This document shows positions 49,718 to 60,090 of a stretch of DNA of 64,000 nt, in pieces. The notes beneath the pieces were generated by a model, which was not told the DNA's origin, searched no databases, and saw only the letters and a list, made by a program, of their open reading frames with translations. The stretch comes from Cyanophyceae cyanobacterium. Its GTDB lineage: Bacteria; Cyanobacteriota; Cyanobacteriia; Cyanobacteriales; Laspinemataceae. The stretch is from the NCBI GenBank assembly GCA_038321985.1, contig JBBQFN010000003.1, positions 64,001 to 128,000 of the forward strand, written 5' to 3'. Each line of letters opens with the position of its first letter. The first letter of the stretch is position 1. A program made the position numbers and the translations under genes.

Positions 49718-50905
49718 CTACTCCGATGCTAACCCAGTCAGCCATTGATCCGCTTCTTTATACTTCTGGAACTTCTGCTCATCTTGGCGAAATTCTGGGG
49801 TATGTACCTTTAACCGCCCGTTCACCCATTTTCCTTCGTGCTGTTTGTGTAACAACTCATGATACAAAACGAATTCCACCACATATTGCGGAACTCGATC
49901 GCTATCTAAGCTAATACTCAACACTACGCGATCGCGCCAGCGTTCGTAATGGCCGAATTTGCGCTTAGTAAAAGCTCTATTCCAGGTTAAGCGCGGTTTG
50001 ACCATTTTTCCGCCAAAATATTCTCGATTGATATTTTGAAATAAGGTGTCTAGGTTGTAGTATTTCCCTTGCGGATTCTCCGCTTTTGTATCCGCCATCA
50101 AATCTAGTTCTAACACTACTTCGCTGTATTCTTCGGACAGGGCGTACTCTTTAATCGCTTGACTATCTTCTTGATTTCTACCGAGAAATACTAAGCGAAC
50201 TAGGGCGGCTAAAATTTCATCGTTGGCATTGACAAAGGCTTCGTTGATCTGGGCAGTTGCCTCTAATGGGCCGATTGTTCCCTTGTACAAATGGCTAATA
50301 TGTGTAAATTCGACGGCTATTGTACTGCAGGGATGCTGCATCTGAGTCCACAGTATTTTTTCCGCTATTTTCTGGGCGCGTCCTGTAGCATTGAGGTGTC
50401 GTTCTAAATTTGATTCATCAGTTAGAAATTTCATCCAAGCATAGGTGTGCCTGGAGGTTTTAGTTAATTGGGCGGGGGTGCTATTTTGCTGGGTGCAGAT
50501 TCCCTCAATTTTGGCAACGGTCTCTTTAATACTCTTGACAAGATGCGTTTTTGGTGATTTTTCTTTTTGAGGATTGGCGACAATGGCGGCGATCGCCCCT
50601 AAAAAGTTTTGTTGTTGAGTCCGAATATTTTTGACCCGAATCGGTTCTACCGCAACTCGGGGACTATTTTGGGAGGCAACTGGCAAGTTCGATAAGTCAA
50701 TTTCTACCAGGAATTCATATGCTTTGCGGGAAGGGGTGGGGAGTTGCGAGGGTCTGACGTTGGCGTTGGCACAGATTTGGTCAATGTCGGCGAGGGTTCG
50801 TTGGATGAATTCTTGAAAACTGCCTAAGCGACTAGGAGGGACTCCCGTCTGTAATTGACTTCTAGCGATTTGCGCTGCTTTGACAATTCCCTGAATCCGA
50901 ATCAT
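49718..50905 (-). CDS. SprT/YgjP (M48-like) zinc metalloprotease-domain protein
   Basis: INREYF..PRLTW..KFGHY..VEFVLYHELLH..HTPEF; ATG 50905 after GAGGAGG. Confidence 0.82.
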   Translation of the reverse strand: MIRIQGIVKAAQIARSQLQTGVPPSRLGSFQEFIQRTLADIDQICANANVRPSQLPTPSRKAYEFLVEIDLSNLPVASQNSPRVAVEPIRVKNIRTQQQNFLGAIAAIVANPQKEKSPKTHLVKSIKETVAKIEGICTQQNSTPAQLTKTSRHTYAWMKFLTDESNLERHLNATGRAQKIAEKILWTQMQHPCSTIAVEFTHISHLYKGTIGPLEATAQINEAFVNANDEILAALVRLVFLGRNQEDSQAIKEYALSEEYSEVVLELDLMADTKAENPQGKYYNLDTLFQNINREYFGGKMVKPRLTWNRAFTKRKFGHYERWRDRVVLSISLDSDRVPQYVVEFVLYHELLHKQHEGKWVNGRLKVHTPEFRQDEQKFQKYKEADQWLTGLASE

Positions 50906-51291
50906 GGCGTTTCCTCCTCGGGCGATCGCCCTGCTGATTCCTGACTGAGGGTAACAGCAAAGTGATGACTCTGGCAAATTCTGAACCGACCCGATCGCGA
51001 TCCCCAAAGAATTAACCTAGGGATGGGGATCACATTTTTAGAGTCTCCTTCAGGATTGCTAATTAATAATTACTAATAAAAAATATCCCAATTTCTGGGG
51101 GAGGTAGAAAATCTTTGTTATTCTAACCGGGAAACCCTTATTAGGCAAGAGCTTTCAGAGGTATTTTTTCAATTCTTAACATAATATTAAGATTGATCCC
51201 CAAAAAAGTAACAAACGGTTAATATCAAAGAGAGGGTTGCACTAAGCGCAGCCCAGTACGGTAGTGATTATTAAAAGAGGTTCGATAAACA

Positions 51292-51555
51292 ATGGCTCAA
51301 CTCCAAGCTCCCCAAACAGCTATAGATAGCGAGAATGATCTCTTTTGTTGCTATGTGAACATTACCAGCAAAATTCAGATTATCCGAATCTGCAATATTG
51401 CCAATTGGTATTTTGAACGGGTGATGTTTCCAGGACAACGGCTGCTGTTTAAGGCACCTCAGCAGTCCTTGCTAGAAGTGCATACAGGAGGAACGGCGGG
51501 TGCGATTCTCTCGGATACGATTCCTTGCGATCGCCTTGTCTGCGATGAAGAGTAA
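51292..51555 (+). CDS. DUF1830 protein
   Basis: CCYVNITSKIQIIRICNIANWYFERVMFPGQRLLFKAP..LEVHTG..SDTIPCDRL. Confidence 0.85.
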   Translation: MAQLQAPQTAIDSENDLFCCYVNITSKIQIIRICNIANWYFERVMFPGQRLLFKAPQQSLLEVHTGGTAGAILSDTIPCDRLVCDEE

Positions 51556-51710
51556 CAGGTATTGCTTGCCATTTAAAAAAAAATGCAGGACTGACAACCT
51601 GAGCGACAAAATATCCATCAACACAATGAGTTCATTGATAAAAGATGTCGAATTTAAAACCTGAAATATTGGCAGATGAAAGGAGTTAAATCTTGACTCC
51701 CAAACTTATG

Positions 51711-51768
51711 ACCACAGATAGCACCAAATTTCACAGATAAATCTGTAAAAATAAGTGTAATCTGTGGT
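51711..51768. repeat. CACAGAT/ATCTGTG nested inverted-repeat element
   Basis: ACCACAGAT...TTCACAGATAAATCTGT...ATCTGTGGT. Confidence 0.65.
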
Positions 51769-51789
51769 TTAACATTTTTAAATGAACTT

Positions 51790-52557
51790 GTGATGAATGA
51801 ACTTCGCGCCTTAATTTTCGATGTAGATGGCACCCTAGCTGAAACCGAACGGGATGCTCATCGTCCAGCCTTCAACTGTGCATTTTTCGATGCGGGACTA
51901 GATTGGCAGTGGTCCCCCGACTTTTATGGAGAATTGCTAGAAATTGGGGGAGGGAAGGAACGAATCCGGCATTATGTGGAAAAGTATCAGGCCGATTTTC
52001 CAGTCCCTAATCAGGATTTAGAGCGGTTTGTTTTGGAGTTGCATGAGGTTAAAAATAAGTATTTTGGTCAGTTGGTGGTGGATAATATCCCCTTGCGCTC
52101 GGGGGTAAGGCGATTGATGGAGGAAGCGAAACAAGAGGGAATTCGTCTGGCGATCGCCACGACTTCTGATCCCCATAATGTAGAAGCGTTATTAAAAAGT
52201 GCCATCGCAGCGGATGGTCCTAGCTGGTTTGAAGTGATTGCGGCAGGGGATATGGCTGCGGTTAAAAAGCCAGAACCCGATATCTATGAATATGCACTCA
52301 AGGCATTAAATTTAAAACCCGAGGATTGTTTGGCGATCGAAGATTCTAATCAAGGACTGTTAGCGGCTCAAGGTGCGGGTATAAAAACAGTGATTACGGT
52401 TAATAATTATACCCGGCATCAGGATTTCTCCAGTGCAGAATTGGTCATCGATTCCCTGGGAGAAGCGGATGCACCCTTTACGGTGTTATCTGGAGATGTA
52501 GGTGAGGCGACTTATTTTGATCTGGCATTGGCGCGACAGTTACATCACAGGGGGTAA
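51790..52557 (+). CDS. cbbY: HAD-IA hydrolase, CbbY-like
   Basis: FDVDGTLAETERDAHRPAFN, GGGKER, IATTS, KKPEPDIY, IEDS. Confidence 0.85.
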   Translation: MMNELRALIFDVDGTLAETERDAHRPAFNCAFFDAGLDWQWSPDFYGELLEIGGGKERIRHYVEKYQADFPVPNQDLERFVLELHEVKNKYFGQLVVDNIPLRSGVRRLMEEAKQEGIRLAIATTSDPHNVEALLKSAIAADGPSWFEVIAAGDMAAVKKPEPDIYEYALKALNLKPEDCLAIEDSNQGLLAAQGAGIKTVITVNNYTRHQDFSSAELVIDSLGEADAPFTVLSGDVGEATYFDLALARQLHHRG

Positions 52558-52629
52558 GCTGTTCGTTTTATTGAAACCAATTGCAGTTGGGGACGGCTGA
52601 AGTCGTGATACCGAACAATTGGAACGACT

Positions 52630-52654
52630 GTAGGGGCGATTCTCCCATCGCCCC
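52630..52654. repeat. GTAG-type REP-like palindrome
   Basis: GTAG-GGGCGAT-TCTCCC-ATCGCCCC between convergent genes. Confidence 0.6.
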
Positions 52655-52663
52655 CAAAATGGG

Positions 52664-53635
52664 TTATAGGGGATCGATTTGGCGGGCGCTTTCGGGTAGG
52701 TTAGCTTCTCGTTGTCCTTGCGATCGCGCTCTCACACAGATTAATCCGATGGGTGTGCCTAGGATATCAGCTAGGGTGGCTTTTTTGGCGACTGCTTTTA
52801 AGGTAGTCAAGGGTAACTCTTTTAATACCCAGCGAGTTAAGCGATAGATATACTCCTGTTTGTTAAACTCTTTCATCAAATCAACGCCGTGGAGTTCGTG
52901 CAAGTAGCGATTTGATTTACCGTATCTGCGCCATTGACTTTGTAATTCTTTGAGGGTTGATCGATGTCGATGTTTGACGAGTGCAGTAGGGGCAAATTCT
53001 AAGGTCCACTTGGTTTTTCTAAGGATTCGCCAACAGATATCGGCATCCCCTCCCGTCGTCAGGTAACTGCGGAATAATCCGACTTCTGCAAAGATGGACC
53101 GGCGAATGCCTAAATTGGCGGTTTGTCCGTAGGGACAAAAGGGATGGGATAAGGTATGTTTTTGGGATAGGGTTTCTTCCCGTTGTGCGTGTTGTTCTAG
53201 GAGACTATTTCCGGGTAAAGCGGCGATTTCTCCGACGACAATCCCAATATTTTCTTGGACAAATGGCTGAATTAATGATAATAACCAGTTAGGTTCGGGC
53301 CGACAATCGGCATCGGTAAAGGCAATGAATTCGCCGGTTGCGGCCCGGATGCCGGTGTTGCGTGCGGCGTAGGAACTTTGGATTTGAGATTCGCTGAGGG
53401 GACGAAGGGTGATTTCTGGAGCGGTTTGAGTGCTGTTTTGGAGAAGGGCCCGGGTGCGATCGCTACTCTTGTTATCAACCAGGATATATTCTACTTTGTC
53501 CGGGGGATAGGTTTGCGATCGCAGGCAGTCTATTAATTCCGGTAAATCATTTTCGCCATTATAAACCGGCACGACGACTGATACCTGGGGTAAAAATAGT
53601 TGAGGCATCGGTTGGGGTGTGGGGTCAGGGTTCAT
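52664..53635 (-). CDS. Family 2 glycosyltransferase
   Basis: VSVVVPVYN, VDNKSSD, ARNTG, FTDADC, GGDADICWR. Confidence 0.92.
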   Translation of the reverse strand: MNPDPTPQPMPQLFLPQVSVVVPVYNGENDLPELIDCLRSQTYPPDKVEYILVDNKSSDRTRALLQNSTQTAPEITLRPLSESQIQSSYAARNTGIRAATGEFIAFTDADCRPEPNWLLSLIQPFVQENIGIVVGEIAALPGNSLLEQHAQREETLSQKHTLSHPFCPYGQTANLGIRRSIFAEVGLFRSYLTTGGDADICWRILRKTKWTLEFAPTALVKHRHRSTLKELQSQWRRYGKSNRYLHELHGVDLMKEFNKQEYIYRLTRWVLKELPLTTLKAVAKKATLADILGTPIGLICVRARSQGQREANLPESARQIDPL

Positions 53636-53676
53636 AGGGATTTATAAAAGAGTTATTTTAAGCTGTATTCAATGCT

Positions 53677-53708
53677 AAGGGCGCACTATAGTGTATAGTG
53701 CGCCCTTA
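53677..53708. terminator. Long perfect hairpin downstream of mraY
   Basis: AAGGGCGCACTATA-GTG-TATAGTGCGCCCTT. Confidence 0.65.
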
Positions 53709-53742
53709 GAAGTTAGCGATCGCCTAGAACTGTAAACACTAT

Positions 53743-54861
53743 TTAACCGAATGTCAGACCCAGGATAGCCAGAACTCCGCAAATCACATAAAATGCAGCG
53801 ACAATTTGCAATTCTGACCACCCACTCAGTTCTAAATGATGGTGGATCGGAGCCATTTTAAAGAGGCGTTTGCCAATGCCATCGGGTCCTTTAGTCGCTT
53901 TATAATAAAGCACTTGGACGATAACCGAGAGAGATTCAACAAAAAACAGTCCACTGATTATAAATAAAGCCCAAAGACTATCGCTAGTCAGGGCAACCGC
54001 AGCTAAGGCCCCGCCCAAGGCGAGAGACCCGGTATCCCCCATAAAGACCCGCGCTGGGTTGCGATTGTAGGCAACGAAGCCGAGGCAACTACCACTAATG
54101 CAGGCACAGAAAATCCCTAAATTCGGATGGGTAGAGGCGACTAATGCACCTAATCCTAGAAAGGCGACTGCCCCAGTTCCCCCCATCAATCCATCGACTC
54201 CATCGGTTAAATTCGTCGCATTACTTTCTGCAACCAGGACGAATTCTGCCAGGATCCAAAAGAATAATCCTAAAGGTAAGACGATGCCAAAGGGGAGAGT
54301 AATATTAGTAATAGTCTGGGGTTCAGTTAAAGCTAATCCCAGGCAAAATAAGGCTCCGAAACCGACTTGTAAGGCCAGTTTCATTTTTGGAGAAATACCT
54401 TTATTAGACTTGCGGCGCAGAATTTGCCAGTCATCCAACCAGCCAATGAAACCATAACTTAGGGTGAGGGCGATCGCCTGGGTTGCCTCCGGTGCAAAAC
54501 CTGACCAAATCAGTGCCACCAGGGTTGCTACGGGAATAAAAAACACCCCGCCCATTGTCGGAGTGCCTGCTTTTTTTAAATGACTTTGAGGACCATCCTC
54601 TCGAATCACTTGTCCCGTTTTAAGTCGTTGCAGTGCGGGAACCGCCCAGTATCCCACGGCAACCGTTGTTAAGGCACAGGCGAACAAGGGTAGGGTCAAG
54701 GTTTCACCCAGATTAGCAACTCTCCCACTCACCCCATCTAGGATAAGGGATGCCCCAGTCACGGCAAAGGTTAAGAGCCAAAATAAACGAGTTCCTGACA
54801 GGTTCAACGACTGAACCGATCCCAATTTTGCGTCCACTGATTTAATATCCTCACTCCACAC
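53743..54861 (-). CDS. mraY: Phospho-N-acetylmuramoyl-pentapeptide transferase
   Basis: HLKKAGTPTMGG, GWLDD, NATNLTDGVDGL, FMGDTGSLALG, MAPIHHHLE. Confidence 0.97.
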   Translation of the reverse strand: MWSEDIKSVDAKLGSVQSLNLSGTRLFWLLTFAVTGASLILDGVSGRVANLGETLTLPLFACALTTVAVGYWAVPALQRLKTGQVIREDGPQSHLKKAGTPTMGGVFFIPVATLVALIWSGFAPEATQAIALTLSYGFIGWLDDWQILRRKSNKGISPKMKLALQVGFGALFCLGLALTEPQTITNITLPFGIVLPLGLFFWILAEFVLVAESNATNLTDGVDGLMGGTGAVAFLGLGALVASTHPNLGIFCACISGSCLGFVAYNRNPARVFMGDTGSLALGGALAAVALTSDSLWALFIISGLFFVESLSVIVQVLYYKATKGPDGIGKRLFKMAPIHHHLELSGWSELQIVAAFYVICGVLAILGLTFG

Positions 54862-55116
54862 AGACAGTTACTCCACGCCCGGCGATCGCTTCTCCGGTCG
54901 ATCTATAGGGGAAATGTTCCAAAACTCAGAAACAGGTTCAAGGGTAGAAGTGGGAGGGTTCCTGCCAAGAGGGTTAGGGGTCACGTACCTAAAATCATTG
55001 ACCCTTAACCCTCCCCCTCACCCGAACCTGAATCCATCGGTTTAGTAAACTTCTGGCATAATTGGGAAGAGATTCCCTAACCCCCGGATTAACGGAGGCT
55101 GATTTAGGCTAGAAGT

Positions 55117-55350
55117 CTAGTCTTCTTCGACTAACTCATTATCATCATCATCATCGTCATAATTGTTATCTTCGACAGACATGAGGGCTGCAATTTCTTC
55201 TTCATCAATTGCATACTCACTCTCTCGTTCCTCGCGGGCAATCAAGCGACCATTGGATTCTAGCCAATCAAGGATAGAGGTTTCTTGCTGCAAAGGAATC
55301 ACATCAGCAATTTTATAACGAGATTCCTCGCGCAGAGATGGGTTGTACAT
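55117..55350 (-). CDS. DUF3134-like small acidic protein
   Basis: MYNPSLREE..VIPL..SILDWLESNGRLIAR, acidic tail; AGGAG RBS; upstream of mraY. Confidence 0.8.
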   Translation of the reverse strand: MYNPSLREESRYKIADVIPLQQETSILDWLESNGRLIAREERESEYAIDEEEIAALMSVEDNNYDDDDDDNELVEED

Positions 55351-55668
55351 CTAAAACTCCTGAAATTAAAGCCGCTCAAAGTGAATGAAATAGGGCGAAC
55401 GGTGCCAGTTAGGGTTTCGCCTGGAGTCACCCCTTCCATCGCCGAAGTTTCAAGGCTTCCGCTATGTTGAGGCGGGTTTAAACCCTCGTCAACACGCTTT
55501 AGGAAAGAGGGGCGATCGGCTGACCTGCAACAGTACCCCTTGACAATTTTACCGGAAATAGAGTCATTCACCCGGTTTTCGACCCAGAAAGAATTAACAT
55601 CGGCAGCATCAGCAACAGGATGGCATTCATAATGGTAGAGCGTGCCGAGTTGAATAGAGGAAGTTGGA

Positions 55669-56253
55669 ATGATTGGAAAAACTGCATTGTTAGAGGCGAT
55701 CGCCGGTAAAAATCGCGGGTTACTCGCCACCGCTTCCCAAAAACAAGCCATTTTAGCGGAGGTTTCCCGACTGGAGGACCGCAACCCCACCCCCCGTCCC
55801 GTGGAAGCAGCCGATCTCCTGGCGGGAAACTGGCGACTGCTTTACACCACCAGCGACGAACTACTACGTCTCGATCGCCTCCCCTTGGCAACTTTAGGCC
55901 AAATCTATCAAGTTGTGCGGCCAAATGAAGGGAAAATTTATAATATTGCTGAAATTTTTGGATTGCCCTACTTAGATGTTTTAGTCAGCGTCGCGGCTCG
56001 ATTTGAAGTTGTTTCGGAGCGCCGAGTTGTGGTAAAATTTGAGCGGGCGATCGCCGGTTTGCAGCGTCTTATTGGTTATCAGTCACCTAACTCCTTCATT
56101 GAGCAAATCCAAACCGGCCAAAAATTTCTAGCCCTTGATTTCCCAATTCCTACCGGAGAACAGCAAGGGTGGTTAGATATTACTTATCTCGATAACGACT
56201 TGAGAATCGGACGAGGCAATAAAGACAGCGTTTTTGTATTAACTAAATCATGA
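55669..56253 (+). CDS. PAP/fibrillin family protein
   Basis: LEDRNPTPRP..LAGNWRLLYTT, GQIYQ, GWLDITYLDNDLRIGRGN. Confidence 0.92.
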   Translation: MIGKTALLEAIAGKNRGLLATASQKQAILAEVSRLEDRNPTPRPVEAADLLAGNWRLLYTTSDELLRLDRLPLATLGQIYQVVRPNEGKIYNIAEIFGLPYLDVLVSVAARFEVVSERRVVVKFERAIAGLQRLIGYQSPNSFIEQIQTGQKFLALDFPIPTGEQQGWLDITYLDNDLRIGRGNKDSVFVLTKS

Positions 56254-57101
56254 TGAATGCCCACTTAACCCTTGAAAATTTTCCCGTCATTGACCAAAAG
56301 CGCCTCTCTCAAGGACAGCTAAATATACTGCAAACTTGCCCGCGCAAGTTCCAATATACTTATCTCGAACATCTCGCTTCCCCGGTAAGTCCTGATCAAC
56401 GAGAAAAAATGGCCTGGGGTAGTCGTTTCCACTTGTTAATGCAGCAACGAGAACTCGGGTTACCCGTGGAAGTTTTGCTGCAAGCCGACGAACAGATGCA
56501 ACGCTGCTATACTGGGTTACTTCAGGCTGCACCGCACTTATTTGCTCCGGAGTCTCCTGAAAATCGGGGATTTCGCGCCGCTGAACATCGCCGGATTATG
56601 AGTTTCCAAGGCTATTTATTCACGGTTATTTATGATTTAATCTTAGCAAATGAATCCAGTGTTCAAATCCTGGATTGGAAAACTTATCCCCTTCCGAAAA
56701 AAGACCGCACCATAGAAGATAACTGGCAAACGCGCTTGTATCCATTTGTGTTAGCGGAAACCAGCGATTATGCACCGGAAGATATCACCATGACTTATTG
56801 GTTTGTCCAATCTGCCGAAAAGGGCGATCGCCCTTTGAGTTGCCAATCGTTGAGCTTTCCTTATAATCGCGCCAAACATCAAGAAACTGCTCAACATCTC
56901 ACGCACCTGTTAACTGATCTAAACACCTGGATTAAAGACTATGAGAGGAGAAAGCCCTTCCCCCAAGTTGCGGTGAACGAGGGGGTCTGTTTCTCTTGCC
57001 CCTTTGTCACTCGGTGCCAGCGTGGACCGGATGCGGGGGTCGGGGTCACTGAAGGCGATCGCTTAACTGCTTTTTCTGACATTGAAGAAATAGAATTATA
57101 A
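56250..57101 (+). CDS. PD-(D/E)XK nuclease, AddB/Cas4-like with 4-Cys cluster ligands
   Basis: CPRKF..., GSRFH, YDLI..ILDWKT, QTRLY, CFSCPFVTRC; ATGA overlap with fibrillin. Confidence 0.85.
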   Translation: MMNAHLTLENFPVIDQKRLSQGQLNILQTCPRKFQYTYLEHLASPVSPDQREKMAWGSRFHLLMQQRELGLPVEVLLQADEQMQRCYTGLLQAAPHLFAPESPENRGFRAAEHRRIMSFQGYLFTVIYDLILANESSVQILDWKTYPLPKKDRTIEDNWQTRLYPFVLAETSDYAPEDITMTYWFVQSAEKGDRPLSCQSLSFPYNRAKHQETAQHLTHLLTDLNTWIKDYERRKPFPQVAVNEGVCFSCPFVTRCQRGPDAGVGVTEGDRLTAFSDIEEIEL

Positions 57102-57164
57102 CTCAAACTAATTCCCCCTTACCAAAACTATCACTTTGATGTTCTTTTTTGCCAGGGTGCAAGC

Positions 57165-59852
57165 CTACTGAAATTTCTTTCCAAAAACCTTCCAATATTT
57201 AATACCAATAGCCATACCCATCATCCCAAACAAAAATACAGCCATCCAGGTAGCCGCTAAAATTACAAATTGCACCAGAGGCGGAATAAATCCGCGTAAT
57301 CGAGACCAGGTTCCGAAAATATTGCCTTGCATCAACGCCGAAATTCCATACAGTAATTGAATTTCCACCTCCTCCGGCACAAATTGGAACGCCGGTTCAA
57401 GTGCTATTTCCCCTTGACGAGGATGCCAACCATACAGATTAACGAACCCTAAATAAGCATAAGCATAGGGATTTGGGGAGTCAAGTTGCACCACCCGTTC
57501 AAAAGCAGAAATCGCTCCCTCTACATCCTGCTGTAAAACCTGTGAAAAAGCTAAATTATAGGCAAATTCTACATTTTCTGGTTCTTGTTGTAACCGATAT
57601 TCCAGGGATTTCTCGGCTTGAATGAGATAATCTTGAATGGGATCATACTGATTAAACCGTCCAATATCATCAAAAATAAACTCTAACGCTTTTGGTCCTT
57701 GGCGTAATGTCCCAGCAAGCGATCGCAACTGAGTCACCCAATCCACTTCCGGTGCAGGAGTAGGAGTTGCTGCGGGATTGATGGCGATCGCCACCGGAGG
57801 CACCACAATTTCCTGGGTCTCTCCGGTTTTTCGATTCAAATAAGTTGCCGCCAAAGTATAAGTTCCCGGCGTCACATCCACCGGAGGCAACATCGCCGTT
57901 CGTTCTATCACTTTCGCCTGTAAGGGTGCAGTCGCCGTTTGCAACTCACCCCTCCCAATCCCGTGATCGTGAAACCAGCGACTTAGCACAGGAGTAGATG
58001 TGGCTGGACTCTGCAACTGCCACGTCAACAACACCACCCCATCCCGTAACCGTTCCCAATCTCCGGTCCATTCATAACTAACCGGAACCGGAACCCCCGG
58101 AGGCGATTGTGCCGGAACCGTCACCCGTTCAAGGGTTATACTTCCCCGAGTTGGAGACTCCTCAACGGCCTCAACCGTCAGCTTCGGCAGTCGCTGATGA
58201 TACAAATTGAGCATACTTTCATCCGGTAACGGCCAACTCGCCTGTAAGTCAAAATCACCGCTATTCTCAACCAATTTCACGATCGCCCCTTGCGCTTCCG
58301 TCGGGACCGAACCCTGATCACCCGTTTTTGTCAAAAACCAATCCAGCGATCGCACATCTTGTAAAACGTGCGATCGGCGTGTACCCACTTGCCGACCGTA
58401 AACTTGAAACTGTTGCAAATTTCCATAATAATTAAAATTATGCTGATTAATCATCGGCGTAGAAGGTAACACCCCCAAGGTTGATCGCAAATACGGACTC
58501 GTTTTCATAATTTCTGCGATCGCCTCCTGATGCGGCCAATCCGGTCCCCGATAGGCATGATTCGACCCCATAATCCCTGAGTTCCAGGCATAAATCGGCC
58601 ACACATCCGCCAGAATCAAGACGATCGCCGCACTACAAGTTCCCCATCGCACCCATTTTTCCCAATTTCGGGGAAACAGCATCAATCCATAAGCTAAAAC
58701 CAGAGATACCACCGGAAGATAAGGTAAAACATACCGAAAATCTTTGTTAAGAATTAGAGAAAACAAAATATAAGACCCGAACCAAAAAATTGCCAACCAT
58801 TTAAACGGAGAATTAAAATAGGTTCTCCAACCCGGATTTTGCAATTCTGCCGTCCACAGAGTCGAAGTGCGATCGCGCCAATAACGCCACCCATAAAATA
58901 CAAATCCAGCGACTGGAACTACCAGCAACGGCCAGGATAAATGATGAGGGAGTTGTTCGAGATAAAACGTCCAAGCTGGGAGTGTAGTAATTGCCGGGTC
59001 ACCTTCTGCCACTGCCGCCTGAATCGCCGCCCGTTGACTGCCTGTGAAAACCAGCAACCAATTCGTGCGATACCAGGGATACATCACAGCCACCGACAGC
59101 AATCCCGCCACCATTAACTCAACTAATCTTCCCCAACGGCGATCGCGCACCGTCCCCACGATTACCCAGACAATAGGCGTTACTAGAAAGAATAAAGCCG
59201 TCTGTTTGACCATAAGGGCTAATCCGACCGATAATCCCCAGATGAGCGCCCAAAACCAGGATTGAAGAGTGGGAGAACCCCGAAGAAAAGACCCCGGGGT
59301 TTTTTCTGAAGTTTCTAAATTTTTTAAACCTAAATCAGCTATTTTAAACCGTTCCGTTCCCTTCCACAGCGTGAGAGAATAGAAAGAAAAAGTGACCATA
59401 GCAGTCAGGGGAAAATCTAGCAAAAAATCTAGCCGCGTATGATATAAACCCGGAAACATCAGACATAAAGCAGCCGCCCAAACTCCTACTTTGGGGTTAA
59501 ACAGCAATCGGCCTAAACCATAAACCGAAGAGAGTAAAATTGCGCTAAAAAATAGGTAAACTAAAGTAGCGTGATCGGATTCGATCCCAAAGAAATTATG
59601 AAAAACTGCCGTAATCATGTAAGTTCCGGGTGGAATTTTAGAAGAGAGTAACCAAAAACTCCGCCACCAATCACCGGAAAACCACTGCGGGGTTTGTAAA
59701 GCGTGCCAGGAGTTTAAAGCGCCGGTTAAATAATCCGCCTGATCCCAAGATGGAATCGAGCGATCGAGCCCAAACCAGAGGCGATCGCAGAATGCCCCCA
59801 GCAACCATAAACCAGCGATAGTGACCCAACCGTAATTTTTTTGATACTTCAC
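57165..59852 (-). CDS. GT-C (PMT/ArnT-like) glycosyltransferase with C-terminal TPRs
   Basis: PSWDQADY, multiple TM, LLDFPL, NKDFRYVLP, TPR motifs, C-terminal TM. Confidence 0.85.
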   Translation of the reverse strand: MKYQKNYGWVTIAGLWLLGAFCDRLWFGLDRSIPSWDQADYLTGALNSWHALQTPQWFSGDWWRSFWLLSSKIPPGTYMITAVFHNFFGIESDHATLVYLFFSAILLSSVYGLGRLLFNPKVGVWAAALCLMFPGLYHTRLDFLLDFPLTAMVTFSFYSLTLWKGTERFKIADLGLKNLETSEKTPGSFLRGSPTLQSWFWALIWGLSVGLALMVKQTALFFLVTPIVWVIVGTVRDRRWGRLVELMVAGLLSVAVMYPWYRTNWLLVFTGSQRAAIQAAVAEGDPAITTLPAWTFYLEQLPHHLSWPLLVVPVAGFVFYGWRYWRDRTSTLWTAELQNPGWRTYFNSPFKWLAIFWFGSYILFSLILNKDFRYVLPYLPVVSLVLAYGLMLFPRNWEKWVRWGTCSAAIVLILADVWPIYAWNSGIMGSNHAYRGPDWPHQEAIAEIMKTSPYLRSTLGVLPSTPMINQHNFNYYGNLQQFQVYGRQVGTRRSHVLQDVRSLDWFLTKTGDQGSVPTEAQGAIVKLVENSGDFDLQASWPLPDESMLNLYHQRLPKLTVEAVEESPTRGSITLERVTVPAQSPPGVPVPVSYEWTGDWERLRDGVVLLTWQLQSPATSTPVLSRWFHDHGIGRGELQTATAPLQAKVIERTAMLPPVDVTPGTYTLAATYLNRKTGETQEIVVPPVAIAINPAATPTPAPEVDWVTQLRSLAGTLRQGPKALEFIFDDIGRFNQYDPIQDYLIQAEKSLEYRLQQEPENVEFAYNLAFSQVLQQDVEGAISAFERVVQLDSPNPYAYAYLGFVNLYGWHPRQGEIALEPAFQFVPEEVEIQLLYGISALMQGNIFGTWSRLRGFIPPLVQFVILAATWMAVFLFGMMGMAIGIKYWKVFGKKFQ

Positions 59853-60090
59853 CCGCGAAATCCTCCTGAGTTTCCTGGATAATTAGAAATCGGCATCCGG
59901 AACGCTGTAGAACACAGTGGTACTCCAATTCCCTCCCACTCAGCAGCAATCCTCCCCGGATTCTATGTTAGATTGCCCTTTATATCATGGCGATCAAAGA
60001 TGGTAGACAACAAAAATCAATTTTACCTTTCCCCGATTTCTGTTCACTCTGCCAGAATTTTTATGGAGTCGCTTGACTTATCCTTTCTTC

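Noticed and set aside
54920..55110. Possible c-di-AMP riboswitch before mraY
   Set aside because: Only a hairpin (GAGGGTTAGGGGTCA/TGACCCTTAACCCTC); ydaO consensus elements not found in order
56250..57101. Cas4-like nuclease as evidence of a CRISPR system
   Set aside because: No repeat-spacer array or other cas genes in the window
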